A stretch of DNA of 64,000 nt, from positions 978,209-1,042,208 of the forward strand of contig CP129475.1 of the NCBI GenBank assembly GCA_030583785.1. Direction: 5' to 3'. Under the pieces are notes generated by a model. That model made no database searches and was not told the DNA's origin. It worked only from the letters and a program-made list of their open reading frames with translations. Position 1 is the first letter of the stretch. The number at the start of each line of letters is the position of its first letter. A program made the translations under genes and the position numbers. The DNA comes from Candidatus Dojkabacteria bacterium (GTDB taxonomy: Bacteria; Patescibacteriota; Dojkabacteria; B142; OLB20). Shown here one piece after another: positions 19,349 to 31,900 of this stretch.

Positions 19349-21583
19349 TTGACACAAGAACTGTTTGCAAACCATAAGGGGATTGAGAATAGAGGATTTG
19401 CCACTTCATTCTTCCAAGAATCTCCGGCTATGTCTCCAGATGATATCTGGGGTAAAGCTCTAGAAACAAAGGGTGTTAGCCCAGAACTGCGCACGCTATT
19501 TGATCGTTATGCCGATCTAATATATAGCTCTGAGAACGGATACAATCATTTGGGTAAAACTGGAAGAGCTATTCGTAAGATTCAGCAGATGTTTTATCCT
19601 GACTCCTTACCTACAAAAGAGAGACTTTATTCCGAAGTCGAATCTTATTTTGATGCTGAATTCGACTGGAGATTAAAACAGTATGAGATAGATGGCTTGG
19701 CATCCAGAGGTTCTGAAGGTGAAGTAATCTTTAACGAGGATCTTCAACCAACGATAGTCTTTCATATAGATGCTGATATCATCGAAAAAGCCGATGGGTT
19801 AAATAATGGAATGGGCGAAGCTTTTTTTGGAGGCCTATACAATGCACTTAGTCGGTCAAGAAGTTTGGGTATTAAACCAACAATATTTATTAATCAGTTA
19901 GCAAGACCCGATTTAAGTCTTACTGAAGATGGTGATGAGAGATTTCAAAGGTTAACAGGCTTACTTAGGCAGAGAATCGCAGACCAGGGAGATGAACAGG
20001 CAACAGATATTTTGGAAAACCTTAAATACGATAAACTTGACGATCGTGCAGCTTATGACATCGAATATTGGAAAAGCTATTTAGACAGAATTCTAGCTGA
20101 GGGTGGTAATGCTTTTCGAATCAGTGCAGAATGGTCAAGATTGTTTGATGCTGACAACAATCTTGACCTGAAAAATGCTGAATTTTTCTGTGAAATATTA
20201 CGCGAAGCAAAGGAGAGGGGTCTAGACACTACGATTTGTCTTCAACATTTTACTTTTCCAGACTGGATTGAAGGAGATTGGAGCGGATCGGACACACCAC
20301 AACTATTTGCCAATTATGCCCGAAATGTTGCAGAGCTTTTAAGAGAGCGGAATTTGCTTCCATCGGAATTTCTAACTGTCAACGAACCTTCTGCCACAAT
20401 TCCTGCAGGATATATTGCAAGAGAATGGCCGCCGTTTAAGGGTTTAAAGCAAGAAGATGTGCTTGCCATTCTTCAGGGAAACTATTTAGAAGAAGCAAGG
20501 TTGCTTGGTATTGATCTCAAACCGGAAGATATCATCGAGAATCTTCCGAATCCAAGACAGTGGATGCTTCCAAGGATGTTTAAATCCATTCGGTTATTGT
20601 TGGATTCCTATCAAGGCTATCGAACAGCAGTAAATAATATGGTTGAAGGACATATTTTAGCTAGATCAGAAATTAAAAAAGTTGTCCCTGATGCAAGAGT
20701 CGGATATTCACACAATACTCCAATCTTCTTACCAGTAAGTTGGAAGGGTCGAGCTAAGAATATTATTACGACTGCTGATTCGATATTTCTAACTTTCTTC
20801 AACGATGATTTTCGAAATGAATTACTTAGAAGGTCTATCCAGTCAGGTGAGTTATTGACAGATTCAGATAATATCCAGGTATACAATGCATACTATGGTG
20901 CAGCTTCAATCGCGGCTAACATAGCCCGTGTCCCAATCGATCCGGATTCGCCAGACAAGACATTTGTTAACGGTTGGGTCGAAATGCCTGAAGCCATTTT
21001 AATTGCTACATTTCGAAGAAATATTACATTATTAAACACAATAGAAGCTATCTATCGCAGGCAAATTCGTGAGCATGGAAGAATTGTAAACCCAATCAAT
21101 TTGCCCGATGTCAATTTCACAGAAATTGGACTACCAAGTCTTGCTGATCCTACAGATAGACTTAGACGATTACTTGATATCGTAGAGCTGTCCAAAAAAC
21201 TATCTTTGGCGCAGGTCGACAAGGTGTTAATTTGGACATTGAGAAATAATATGGAATGGCTAGCTGGGAAACAACCTTTCGGACTAGATAACGAGGATGG
21301 CACGAGTAAGCCAAAATCAAAAGATACAGTTGAACCTATCGATTACTCACAGAAAGGTCTATTGATCGAGGAAGCATATATATATCAGAAGAGACTAAAC
21401 CAAATGCGCCTGCTTATGCTTCAACAAGGCACTGACACAGCTGGACAAACAAAAGATATCGAAGAAACATATAAACAAATATCAGATTTCTTGGCAGAAA
21501 ATGATCCACAACGAGCAAGAAGGCGATCAGCAATGAAAAGAGAACTTTTTGGAAGACTAGGCAGAAGACTTGTTAACCTCTAA
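19349..21583 (+). CDS. glycoside hydrolase family 1-like TIM-barrel protein with long N- and C-terminal extensions
   Basis: GH1-like signatures: NAFRISAEWSRLFD, the acid/base motif LTVNEP, a nucleophile-region motif FTEIG, and the C-terminal W.LRNNMEW..G....FGL. The TTG start is uncertain. Confidence 0.55.
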   Translation: MTQELFANHKGIENRGFATSFFQESPAMSPDDIWGKALETKGVSPELRTLFDRYADLIYSSENGYNHLGKTGRAIRKIQQMFYPDSLPTKERLYSEVESYFDAEFDWRLKQYEIDGLASRGSEGEVIFNEDLQPTIVFHIDADIIEKADGLNNGMGEAFFGGLYNALSRSRSLGIKPTIFINQLARPDLSLTEDGDERFQRLTGLLRQRIADQGDEQATDILENLKYDKLDDRAAYDIEYWKSYLDRILAEGGNAFRISAEWSRLFDADNNLDLKNAEFFCEILREAKERGLDTTICLQHFTFPDWIEGDWSGSDTPQLFANYARNVAELLRERNLLPSEFLTVNEPSATIPAGYIAREWPPFKGLKQEDVLAILQGNYLEEARLLGIDLKPEDIIENLPNPRQWMLPRMFKSIRLLLDSYQGYRTAVNNMVEGHILARSEIKKVVPDARVGYSHNTPIFLPVSWKGRAKNIITTADSIFLTFFNDDFRNELLRRSIQSGELLTDSDNIQVYNAYYGAASIAANIARVPIDPDSPDKTFVNGWVEMPEAILIATFRRNITLLNTIEAIYRRQIREHGRIVNPINLPDVNFTEIGLPSLADPTDRLRRLLDIVELSKKLSLAQVDKVLIWTLRNNMEWLAGKQPFGLDNEDGTSKPKSKDTVEPIDYSQKGLLIEEAYIYQKRLNQMRLLMLQQGTDTAGQTKDIEETYKQISDFLAENDPQRARRRSAMKRELFGRLGRRLVNL

Positions 21584-21621
21584 ATTATTGCTGTTTACAA
21601 TTTCTGTGCTATCCTTATTCT

Positions 21622-22356
21622 ATGAAATTTCAAGTTTCAAAGATTCCACATATAGATGCTGCTAAGCATCTGGCCGGATTGATCAATAAGTCCTTGGCAG
21701 ATGCACAGAATAAGGTATTATTATCACTTGCCGGAGGAAGTGCTGTTGATGTCTATAACGAAGCCGATGCTCTGCTTGATGACACACTAAATTTCTCTAA
21801 TCTATTCGTAGTAATGGGAGATGAAAGATGGAATATTGATCCGATGCACAAAGATTCGGATTGGCTACATTTTACGCAAACATCCCTATATAATTTCTTT
21901 GCCACTCACAACGCTAAGTTGATAAATACTTTACATGGTACAAATCATAAGTCAGAAGCCGCAGAGCTCGACCAACTATTCAAGATAGCCTTAACAGAAG
22001 GCTTTGAAACAATAGCTATGTTGGGAATTGGAGCCGATGGACACACTGCAGGTATACTTCCTGCTGAAAGAGAATTATTTGAGAAGACTTTTAGAAACAA
22101 TGCGCATGCAGTTGCACACGAACTTGACACAGTTTACCCTCAAAGAATTACAATCACTCCTTATACAATAAGTAACATAGACCATGTCTTTGCCTATGCT
22201 AAAGGAGAAGCAAAAAAACATACACTCCAGTTAATTGCTGATCTTGATAAATCTTTTCCCGATAATAAATGGCAAGATAATCTTCATAAATATCCTGCTC
22301 TATTTCTATCTACAGCAGATGCAAAAATATTTACAGATCAATTAATAAGACAATGA
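21622..22356 (+). CDS. pgl: 6-phosphogluconolactonase
   Basis: Motif LGIGADGHTAGILP from the GlcN6P-deaminase/6PGL family. Sits directly upstream of zwf and overlaps its start. Confidence 0.8.
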   Translation: MKFQVSKIPHIDAAKHLAGLINKSLADAQNKVLLSLAGGSAVDVYNEADALLDDTLNFSNLFVVMGDERWNIDPMHKDSDWLHFTQTSLYNFFATHNAKLINTLHGTNHKSEAAELDQLFKIALTEGFETIAMLGIGADGHTAGILPAERELFEKTFRNNAHAVAHELDTVYPQRITITPYTISNIDHVFAYAKGEAKKHTLQLIADLDKSFPDNKWQDNLHKYPALFLSTADAKIFTDQLIRQ

Positions 22357-23786
22357 AAGCAGAGATTTTCCAAGATGTTGCCAATTTACCGACTATCATG
22401 GTTATCTTTGGTGCAACAGGGGATTTAACTAATAGGAAACTAATTCCAGCCTTATACAACTTAGACAGACAGGGGCTTCTTCCAGATACTTTTCAGATAA
22501 TTGCCTTTGCCCGTAAAAATCTTACAACCAAGGAATTTTGTGAATACAGCAAATCTCAAATCAGTAAGTACAAGGTAGCACAAATTGAGGATGTTACATG
22601 GAAAAGGTTCACTAGAAGAATTAATTACCTTCATGGAGATTTCAAAGAAGACCAAGCTTACAGTCATTTAGCTAAAGAATTAAATAAGATTGATTCAGAT
22701 TTAGGCGTTTGCACACATAAGATCTTCTATCTAGCAATTAGTCCCGACCTATACGAAAGAGTGTTTCAAGGTATCGGACATACTCGTCTGAACCAAATCT
22801 GTCAAAACTTGAAAGATACAAGGGTAGTAATTGAGAAGCCCTTTGGCAGAAATTTGGATTCTTTCTTAAAGCTTAATGCTCAGGTAAGCTCAGTATTTGC
22901 AGAAGAGCAGATCTATCGAATAGACCATTTTCTAGGTAAAGAAACTGTACAAAATATCCTTTATTTCAAGGCTGGGAATCCAGTTTTTATGAGTGATTGG
23001 TCCGAATCGCGAATTGATACAATAGATATTGTCATGCACGAAACTCTAGGGGTAGAAGATCGGGCAGCTTATTATGATTCTTATGGACAGCTTAGAGATA
23101 TGATTCAGAGCCATATGCTTCAGCTTGCAGCGCTAATCTTGGCAGAAATTCCTGAATCAATGGATGCGTCCACAATCAGTAAGAATAAAGAAGAAGTTCT
23201 GAATTCAATTTATATAGAAAACATTAAGCGGGATGTTCACAGAGCTCAATATTCCGAGGGAGTTGTTGAAGGCAAGCTTGTTAACGCCTACGCCGAAGAG
23301 AAGGGTGTAAAAACTAATTCAATAACTGAAACATATGTCCGAATAAAAGCTAAAGTAAAAGGAGGTAAATGGCATGGATTGAAAATCAATCTTGAAACCG
23401 GAAAGCGTATGCCAGAAAAAAAGACAGAGATTCGCTTGCATTATAAATCTGCAGAACCTACAAAAGGTTTAGTGGGCAAGAATTGTCTCATCTTTAGACT
23501 TCAGCCTAGCGAAGGTATCAGTCTAGAGATGCAAGTCAAAAAACCCAATAATGCAAAACTTGAAACTGTAACTATGAATTTTGACTATGATCGAAGCTTT
23601 AGAGAGATATTGCCCGATGCCTATGAGAAAATCTTATTAGATGTAATTCGCATGAGCAAAAACCTTTTTCCCTCTGCTGCAGAACTTGAAGCTTCATGGA
23701 AATTTACGGACATGATAGTAGATGAGTGGCGAAATGATAATATCGAGATCGCAAAGTATCCGGCAGGAACATTAGTTATTAATTAA
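22353..23786 (+). CDS. zwf: glucose-6-phosphate 1-dehydrogenase
   Basis: Motifs IFGATGDLTNRKL, EKPFG and RIDHFLGKE. Confidence 0.92.
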   Translation: MKAEIFQDVANLPTIMVIFGATGDLTNRKLIPALYNLDRQGLLPDTFQIIAFARKNLTTKEFCEYSKSQISKYKVAQIEDVTWKRFTRRINYLHGDFKEDQAYSHLAKELNKIDSDLGVCTHKIFYLAISPDLYERVFQGIGHTRLNQICQNLKDTRVVIEKPFGRNLDSFLKLNAQVSSVFAEEQIYRIDHFLGKETVQNILYFKAGNPVFMSDWSESRIDTIDIVMHETLGVEDRAAYYDSYGQLRDMIQSHMLQLAALILAEIPESMDASTISKNKEEVLNSIYIENIKRDVHRAQYSEGVVEGKLVNAYAEEKGVKTNSITETYVRIKAKVKGGKWHGLKINLETGKRMPEKKTEIRLHYKSAEPTKGLVGKNCLIFRLQPSEGISLEMQVKKPNNAKLETVTMNFDYDRSFREILPDAYEKILLDVIRMSKNLFPSAAELEASWKFTDMIVDEWRNDNIEIAKYPAGTLVIN

Positions 23787-23791
23787 TATCT

Positions 23792-24427
23792 ATGAAGGAA
23801 CATAAATTTGAGATATTTTTTGGAATAGTTTTATTTACGCTGCTCTTGTCTGTAGCAATATTCTTTGCAGGCGGCAAACTGTTAAATAGCGATTCAAATG
23901 ATGATAAACCGAATGTAGTTGTCACTTCGCAGATTATTCTGGACAAGATTAACGACGAAGCCTTTATAGTAACCAAAACCATCTTTTTGGATCAAAAGAA
24001 AACAATAAGAATTGATCAAGGATCTGATTGGTCAAATTTCTGGTGGGGTCAGACAATTACAACCGAAGGGATAATCAGGGTTGACCTTGGAGTGGACTAC
24101 AAGCTTTTATCTGAAAATGACATTGCGATTGACAAAGAAAGTAAAACGATAAGCATCAATGTACCAGAGGCAACAATTTTAGATGCAAGCCTTTTTGGAG
24201 ATCTGAATGTTGAAACAAGTTCTGGAATACTGAGGCAGCTTTTTGCTAGTGATCGGAATAAAGACTATAACCTCGCTTTGCAGTCACTTATAGAAGATGC
24301 ATCTGAGACAATAATCAATAATGAGGAGCTTGTTGCAGAATCTGAAAATGAAAGCTTAAAAATTCTCCAACTTGTGCTTTCTGATCTTGGCTATAGAGTA
24401 GTTTCATCATCTAGCACCGCGGATTGA
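23792..24427 (+). CDS. membrane-anchored hypothetical protein
   Basis: N-terminal TM helix followed by a soluble domain of about 180 aa. Confidence 0.5.
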   Translation: MKEHKFEIFFGIVLFTLLLSVAIFFAGGKLLNSDSNDDKPNVVVTSQIILDKINDEAFIVTKTIFLDQKKTIRIDQGSDWSNFWWGQTITTEGIIRVDLGVDYKLLSENDIAIDKESKTISINVPEATILDASLFGDLNVETSSGILRQLFASDRNKDYNLALQSLIEDASETIINNEELVAESENESLKILQLVLSDLGYRVVSSSSTAD

Positions 24428-24877
24428 CTTTAGATGTCTATGCCAGTTTTGTTTCAGCCATAGATTAGCTTGTTTGTAAGTATCTCCGAGCCCTCGTTTT
24501 TGCATCTCTTTGCGAATCACGCCTCCCTTGTGTGGGTGATCAAATAGTTGTTGCAAAGGTGAATTAAATCCATGGAAATAATGACACATCTCGTGTGCAA
24601 TGGTCCCTTCTACAACATAATCGGGGATTTCAGGATTCTTGAAGTAGCCAGTTACAATAATCATGCTGATTCGTGGATCTTCATATGCTTCTTTAGGGGT
24701 TTCCGCCAATATCTTTTTTAAACCTCTTGTTTCTGCAGAGGCCCATTTGATGCAACCTAATTGTCGAACTGATTTCCTTCCAAAGCTGATTACAACTCTA
24801 TTTAGTCGAGCAACATCTACAAAGTTGTTCTCCCAAAGTTCGTACATTTTTTCGCTTAACCAGGCATTATTTCTCAT
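24407..24877 (-). CDS. SprT-like / DUF45-type zinc metallopeptidase-domain protein
   Basis: HExxH motif IAHEMCHYFHG. The start is probably an internal Met (MRNNAWL), which removes the overlap with the divergent downstream gene. Confidence 0.6.
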   Translation of the reverse strand: MRNNAWLSEKMYELWENNFVDVARLNRVVISFGRKSVRQLGCIKWASAETRGLKKILAETPKEAYEDPRISMIIVTGYFKNPEIPDYVVEGTIAHEMCHYFHGFNSPLQQLFDHPHKGGVIRKEMQKRGLGDTYKQANLWLKQNWHRHLKSIRGAR

Positions 24878-24908
24878 CAATGATCCGCAAGTTTTGTTAT
24901 AGTTTACT

Positions 24909-25610
24909 ATGCGAATAGAAAAATTCAAAAGACAAAGATCAAGAACAAATCTCAAACAGATTTTTTCGATTAAACTTAATTATAAAAGAGTCTTTTCGAT
25001 AGTGATCTTGGCGGGTTTGATCTTTTTGGCGGTTCCATTTACATTGCGCTATATGGTCTTAAGTTCATATACTAACTATATGTATGAAATCGGCGATGAA
25101 ATACCCCCAACTAGGATTGCAATTGTTTTCGGTGCTGGTTTATCAGAATATGCTAATCAACCAAGTCATATCCTTGAGGATCGAATACTCACCGCAATAG
25201 ATCTTTACAAAGCGGGAGTGGTTCAAAAGATTATTATGAGCGGCGACAATCGCTTTGTTGATTATAACGAACCAGAAGTTATGATCAATTATGCTAAAGC
25301 TAGAGGTGTCCGAGATCTAGATTTACAAGCTGACTTTGCAGGAAGAAGAACTTTTGACACCTGTTTAAGAGCAAAAGATGTATTTGGAGTTCACGAAGCA
25401 ATTCTCATAACACAGGAATTTCATCTACCAAGAGCCTTATATGTTTGTAACAGTATAGGTGTTAAATCTATTGGAGTAGTCGCAGACAGAAGAGACTATC
25501 AACAGATTGAATACTTCAGACTGCGCGATACTTTAGCTTTATTGTTAAGCTTTTGGGACTTATATGTAATTAGACCTGAAGTTGTTCCCGGAGAAAGAAT
25601 AATTATATAA
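24909..25610 (+). CDS. SanA/YdcF (DUF218) family envelope protein
   Basis: N-terminal TM helix and DUF218 motifs (IVFGAGL, IMSGDN, TFDTCLRA, ITQEFHLPRA). Confidence 0.7.
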   Translation: MRIEKFKRQRSRTNLKQIFSIKLNYKRVFSIVILAGLIFLAVPFTLRYMVLSSYTNYMYEIGDEIPPTRIAIVFGAGLSEYANQPSHILEDRILTAIDLYKAGVVQKIIMSGDNRFVDYNEPEVMINYAKARGVRDLDLQADFAGRRTFDTCLRAKDVFGVHEAILITQEFHLPRALYVCNSIGVKSIGVVADRRDYQQIEYFRLRDTLALLLSFWDLYVIRPEVVPGERIII

Positions 25611-25641
25611 ATGTGTACCTAGTCGTGGTAAAATCACCTAT

Positions 25642-25714
25642 GCGCTCTTAGCTCAATGGATAGAGCACCTGTCTTCGGAACAGGGGGTTGGGGGTTCGAC
25701 TCCCTCAGAGCGCA
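25642..25714 (+). tRNA. tRNA-Arg (anticodon TCG)
   Basis: Acceptor GCGCTCT pairs with AGAGCGC. Anticodon stem CCTGT/ACAGG with loop CTTCGGA. An extended -10 element (TGGTAAAAT) lies just upstream. Confidence 0.85.
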
Positions 25715-25757
25715 GGATTGTATGGTTTCTGATATAATTACCATGCTTCATCGCTTC

Positions 25758-25829
25758 GGGCTGGTAGCTCAATGGTAGAGCAGTTGCCTCTTAAGCAATT
25801 GGTTCCGGGTTCGAGTCCCGGCCAGCTCA
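25758..25829 (+). tRNA. tRNA-Lys (anticodon CTT)
   Basis: Acceptor GGGCTGG pairs with CCAGCTC. Anticodon stem GTTGC/GCAAT with loop CTCTTAA. T-arm CCGGG-TTCGAGT-CCCGG. Confidence 0.85.
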
Positions 25830-25913
25830 TAAAAAAAAGACAAAATCTATAGAAAAACCTTCTTGTTATGCTTCACTTGAGTTGTTAGACTGTAAATATA
25901 CTCAACTTATGAA

Positions 25914-28900
25914 ATGAGAAAAAAGCGAATGTATATTCCGTTAAATCCTTTGTTAGATGCTCTTCCAGAGATAACTAGAAAAATCAGAGAGATTGAAAAT
26001 AAGATATATATATTATTGATAGCAGTTGTTCTTCTTGGAGGTGTATTTGCGGGAGTTAATGGACTTAATATGTTTGGAGGAATATATGCACAGCAGTTTT
26101 GTCCTCTTCCGGCAGCCCCTGCCAAAGTTCTGTCACTAGTTACAATTACTCCTGATTCTGAAGACGGTGTTGTGGATTGTTCATCTCTAGATATTATTAT
26201 CGGAGCAGGAGGAACAGTTGTCGTTGATAGATATGTAACAGAGAATGGCACAAGCGAGGGTGATTGGGGGGTTACGCTACTTGTTAAGAGTCTTACAGTT
26301 GAAAATGGCGGATTGATCTCTGCCGATGGTAAAGGTTATACAAATACTGATGACGAAGTTGTTAGTGGTAAAGGTGGAAACGCAACTACTACAGCTGGTG
26401 GATCGGGGGGAGCACATGGGGGTGCCGGTGGAGAAGGTTTAGCACCTGTAGGTGGCTCGGCTCCAGTTCCAGGTGTGGCATATGGAACAGAAGAAAATCC
26501 CTCAACTCTAGGAAGTGCTGGAGGCAACAGTTTTGATGGAGGTTTAGGTGGAAATGGAGGTGGATCTATTCGAATTCGAGCCAGTGAATACTTAGTAATT
26601 AATGGACAAATAACTGCTAATGGAGCACAGGGACTCGCTCAAGGGAACAGTTCAGGGGGTGGTGGAGCAGGAGGTAGTATTTGGATTGAAGCAGAATCGT
26701 TTTCTGGGAATGGAATAGTAGAAGCAAAGGGAGGAAGTGCTCAAGAGGTTACATACCAAGGAGGAGGTGGCGGTGGAGGTAGAATTATTATGTTCTGCAA
26801 CTCCTCAAATCTTTTTACTGGCAGTGTGTCTGTTTCTCCAGGAATCACTTCACTTTCTCAAGATGGAGGAATAGGTTCTCGGCTTGGGCCAACCTGCATA
26901 CCAAACGAACCGACTCTACTCAAGCAATTCTCAAAATATGATCCCCCAGGAGCTACTCCTCTACAAACTGTAGAAATCGGCCAAGGTGGTGTCATGCGGA
27001 CAGACAGACTAGATTCTGTGTTGTTTGTTGCCAATATGTCCGATATTGATGTAACGGACACTCTTACACTACAAATTGAAGTCAGACCAATTGGAACAAG
27101 TTTTACTGGAGTTCCAACTCATACTCAGTCAGTTAACATGAGCAATCCTCAGAATTGTTCTAGTCCTCCTTCGGGTTGCGGAACAATAGATATACCAAAG
27201 GCACAACTACCTGCCTCTACAGAGTATCATTGGCAGGCAAGAATAAGAGATAATAGAGGTGGAATAAGTGAATGGACACAATTCGGAAATAATAATGATG
27301 GTGAACGAGATTTCTTAATAACAGGAACACCGACAAATATTCTTCTTGTAAGTGGTGGCAATCAATCAGGCGTTGTCGGTCAGCCATTGGCTAACCCTAT
27401 GTTGGTGCGTGTGCTTGATGCTGCTGGTTATGGTGTACCAGACCAAAGTTTGACTTGGTCAATCCAAAACGGTGGTGGCACTCTTGGGTCACAAACATCA
27501 ATTTCCAATACAGAAGGTGTTGCTCAGAACACCCTAACACTTGGAGTTGTATCCGGAAACAATTCTAACACTGTTCGAGTGAGCGGTGTAGGCTCAGCTT
27601 TAGATATCAATCATTCATCAATCTCAGATGAAGCTGTAAGATTCTCGCTTTCAACGCCAACGGTTGCCATCCGATCAGAAGAATTTACCTTTTCGGTCAT
27701 AGCCTATGACCAATATAATAATATTGCGACCACTTACGATGGTTCTCCCAATCTATCTGTCGTTAATCCATTGAATTATTCACAGACTGTAGGTGGGAAT
27801 TTTGTACCTAGCTCAATTACTTTCCAACTAGGTGATCAAGGGCAAAAGGTGATTAGTAATGCAACCTTTGATACATTGGCGAGTATCGCAATAAAGGTAG
27901 TTGACGGAGATATCTTTGGATATTCAAATGCAATTGCCATTGTTGACACATTGGGGCAGTGTCCAGACGCTGATGGTATTATTGATTCGGGTGGAGACAT
28001 TGTCTGGGAAGCAGGAAATTATCCGGGAGCAATTATTGATTGCAGAGGATTAGACATTGTAGTTAAGTCGTCAAATACATCTCAAGTAACAAATCTTGTT
28101 ATCAGGCCTTCCTTAACTGAATCAGTTCCGGCGACCCTTCTTGCCGATAGTATAACAATAGAAAGTGGAAACTCTCTAAATTCGGACAGAAGAGGATTTA
28201 CTGCAGGTCAAGGACCAGGTACAGGATGTGGAGCAGCTCATGGAGGTTACGGAGTAAGTGTGTCAAACAGAGGAGTGCCGTATGGTTCAGTTAAAGAACC
28301 GGTAACGATGGGATCCGGAGGTTGTACACGAAGTTACTTTGGTAATCTCTCAGTAGGAGGCGAAGGAGGAGGAGCAATCAAAATTGTTTTAACTGGTAAC
28401 CTTGTCGTTAATGGAAGACTTACAGCAGATGGAGGACCGGGAACTAGCAATATAACACAAGGAGCGGTGGGAGCAGGAGGATCACTATGGTTGAGTGCAG
28501 ACAGAATAGACGGTAGCGGACTCATAAGTGCTAACGGAGGAAACAGAGCAGGAGCAGGAGGATCAGGAGGAGGAAGAATAGCCATATACGAGAACAGTAG
28601 AGGAAGTTTTCCAATAACAAACAAGAGTAACATACAGGCATTTGGAGGAGGAGGCGGAAGCTTTGGAGGAGCAGGAACAATATACATAGATGCAGATGGA
28701 CAAAGCGGAGGCAACGGAGATTTATGGATAAACAATAACAATAGAAATACAGAAGCAGCAGGAGTACCATACGATGCAGTAAACCCGGTACAGCAGTTTA
28801 ACAAGATATATCTAAAGGAATACGGACACTTGCAGATAATGGGACTGGATTCGACCTTGGTAATACCAAGCCAAGAAAGTGTTGAAGGTGATAACTCAGC

Positions 28901-31900
28901 TCCAATTTTAGAAGTTATCGGTACTATTCAACTACCTAGTAATTACATTGTAGATAGATATACTCTTTCGATTGCCGGAGATTACACTGGTGCTTCTGAA
29001 TTAATAATAGGTAACGGCAGTAATCCGGCCAATTTAAGACTATATGCGTATAATCAGAAGCGGTACTCTAATAAATCCCCTAACCATGATGTTTATGAAT
29101 TTTCTTCTTTGACAGTCCGTAGTGGTGCATCCCTGTTTCTGTTCTCTTATGATGGTAATGGTTCTGCAAACAATGGCCGAGGACTTCAAGATTATGGGGT
29201 AAGAATAATTGTGGACGAAGACTTTGAGATTGAAGCAGGAGGCTTAGCAACAAGCAATGGAAGAGGTTATGCTACTGCATTGGGACCAGGGACAGGATGT
29301 GGAGCAGGTCATGGAGGTTACGGAGTAAATGTAGCTAACAGAGGAGTACCATATGGTTCAGTTAAAGAACCTGTAACAATGGGATCCGGAGGTTGTACAC
29401 GAAGTTACTATGGTAATCTTTCAGTAGGAGGAGAAGGAGGAGGAGCAGTAAGACTGAATGTAGGAGGAGTACTTAGGGTAGATGGAAGTCTGACAGCAGA
29501 CGGAGGACCGGGAACAAATAACCTAACACAGGGAGCAGTAGGAGCAGGAGGATCACTATGGTTGAGTGCAGACAGAATAGACGGTAGCGGACTCATAAGT
29601 GCTAACGGAGGAAGCAGAGCAGGAGCAGTAGGATCAGGAGGAGGAAGAATAGCCATATACGAGAACAGTAGAGGAAGTTTTCCAATAACAAACAAGAGTA
29701 ACATACAGGCATTTGGAGGAGGAGGCGGAAGTTATGGAGGAGCAGGAACAATATACATAGATGCAGATGGACAAAGCGGAGGCAACGGAGATTTATGGAT
29801 AAACAATAACAATAGAAATACAGAAGCAGCAGGAGTACCATACGATGCAGTAAACCCGGTACAGCAGTTTAACAAGATATATCTAAAGGAATACGGACAC
29901 TTGCAGATAATGGGACTGGATTCGACCTTGGTAATAACAGATGAAGAAGGACTCGAAGGAGACACAACAGTACCAAGATTAGAGCCACAGGGATTAATAA
30001 GTCTACCGGAGAGATTTGTGGTAGACAGAGTAAACCTAGACATTATAGGAGACATAGAAGGAGCAGGAGATTTAGAGATAGGAAATGGAGATGAACCAGC
30101 GGCAGTAACATTGTATGCTTACACACAGAAGAGATACACAGCCAAGAGTCCAAACCACGATGTGCATATACTAGAGAGTTTAATAGTTAGAGACAAATCT
30201 GTACTTAACTTGGTATCTTATGACGGCAACGGGACATACATGAATGCATCTTCACTGTCTGACTATGGAGTAACACTAACACTAGGTCGAGACTTTACAG
30301 TAGAGACTGGAGGAATAGTAACAACAAATGGAAGAGGTTACGCAAGAGGAGCAGGACCTGGGACAGGATGCGGAGCAGCTCATGGAGGTTACGGAGTAAA
30401 TGTGTCAAGTCAGGGAGTACCGTATGGTTCAGTTAAAGAACCGGTAACGATGGGATCCGGAGGATGTTCTAGAGACTACTTTGGGAACTGGTCCTTTGGA
30501 GGAGAGGGAGGAGGAGCAGTAAGACTGAATGTAGGAGGAGTACTTAGGGTAGATGGAAGTCTGACAGCAGACGGAGGACCGGGAACAAATAACCTAACAC
30601 AGGGAGCGGTAGGAGCAGGAGGATCACTATGGTTGAGTGCAGACAGAATAGACGGTAGTGGACTCATAAGTGCTAACGGAGGAAGCAGAGCAGGAGCAGT
30701 AGGATCAAGTGGAGGAAGAATAGCCATATACGAGAATAGTAGAGGAAGTTTTCCAATAACGAACAAGAGTAACATACAGGCATTTGGAGGAGGAGGCGGA
30801 AGCTTTGGAGGAGCAGGAACAATCTACATAGATGCAGATGGACAAAGCGGAGGCAACGGAGATTTATGGATAAACAATAACAATAGAAATACAGAAGCAG
30901 CAGGAGTACCATACGATGCAGTAAACCCGGTACAGCAGTTTAACAAGATATATCTAAAGGAATACGGACACTTGCAGATAATGGGACTGGATTCGACCTT
31001 GGTAATAACAGATGAAGAAGGACTCGAAGGAGACACAACAGTACCAAGATTAGAGCCACAGGGATTAATAAGTCTACCGGAGAGATTTGTGGTAGACAGA
31101 GTAAACCTAGACATTATAGGAGACATAGAAGGAGCAGGAGATCTAGAGATAGGAAATGGAGACGAACCAGCGGCAGTAACATTGTACGCATACACACAGA
31201 AGAGATACACAGCCAAGAGTCCAAACCACGATGTGCATATACTAGAGAGTTTAATAGTCAGAGATAAATCTGTACTTAACTTGGTATCTTATGATGGCAA
31301 CGGGACATACATGAATGCATCTTCATTGTCTGACTATGGAGTAACACTAACACTAGGTCGAGACTTTACAGTAGAGACAGGAGGAGTAGTAACAACAAAC
31401 GGAAGAGGTTACGCAAGAGGAGTGGGACCAGGGACAGGATGCGGAGCAGCTCATGGAGGTTACGGAGTAAGTGTGTCAAGTCAGGGAGTACCGTATGGTT
31501 CAGTTAAAGAACCTGTAACGATGGGATCCGGAGGATGTTCCAGAGACTACTTTGGGAACTGGTCTTATGGAGGAGAAGGAGGAGGAGCAGTAAGACTGAA
31601 TGTAGGAGGAGTACTTAGGGTAGATGGAAGCTTGACAGCAGACGGAGGACCGGGAACAAATAACCTAACACAGGGAGCAGTAGGAGCAGGAGGATCACTA
31701 TGGTTAAGTGCAGACAGAATAGACGGTAGCGGACTCATAAGTGCTAACGGAGGAAGCAGAGCGGGAGCAGTAGGATCAGGAGGAGGAAGAATTGCCATAT
31801 ACGAGAATAGTAGAGGTAGTTTTCCAATAACAAACAAGAGTAATATACAGGCATTTGGAGGAGGAGGCGGAAGCTTTGGAGGAGCAGGAACAATCTACAT

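Noticed and set aside
24877-24955. Apparent 47-nt overlap of divergent 5' ends between the SprT-like gene and the SanA-like gene
   Set aside because: Most likely a start-codon over-extension of the SprT-like ORF. An internal Met (MRNNAWL) gives a family-consistent N-terminus and removes the overlap.
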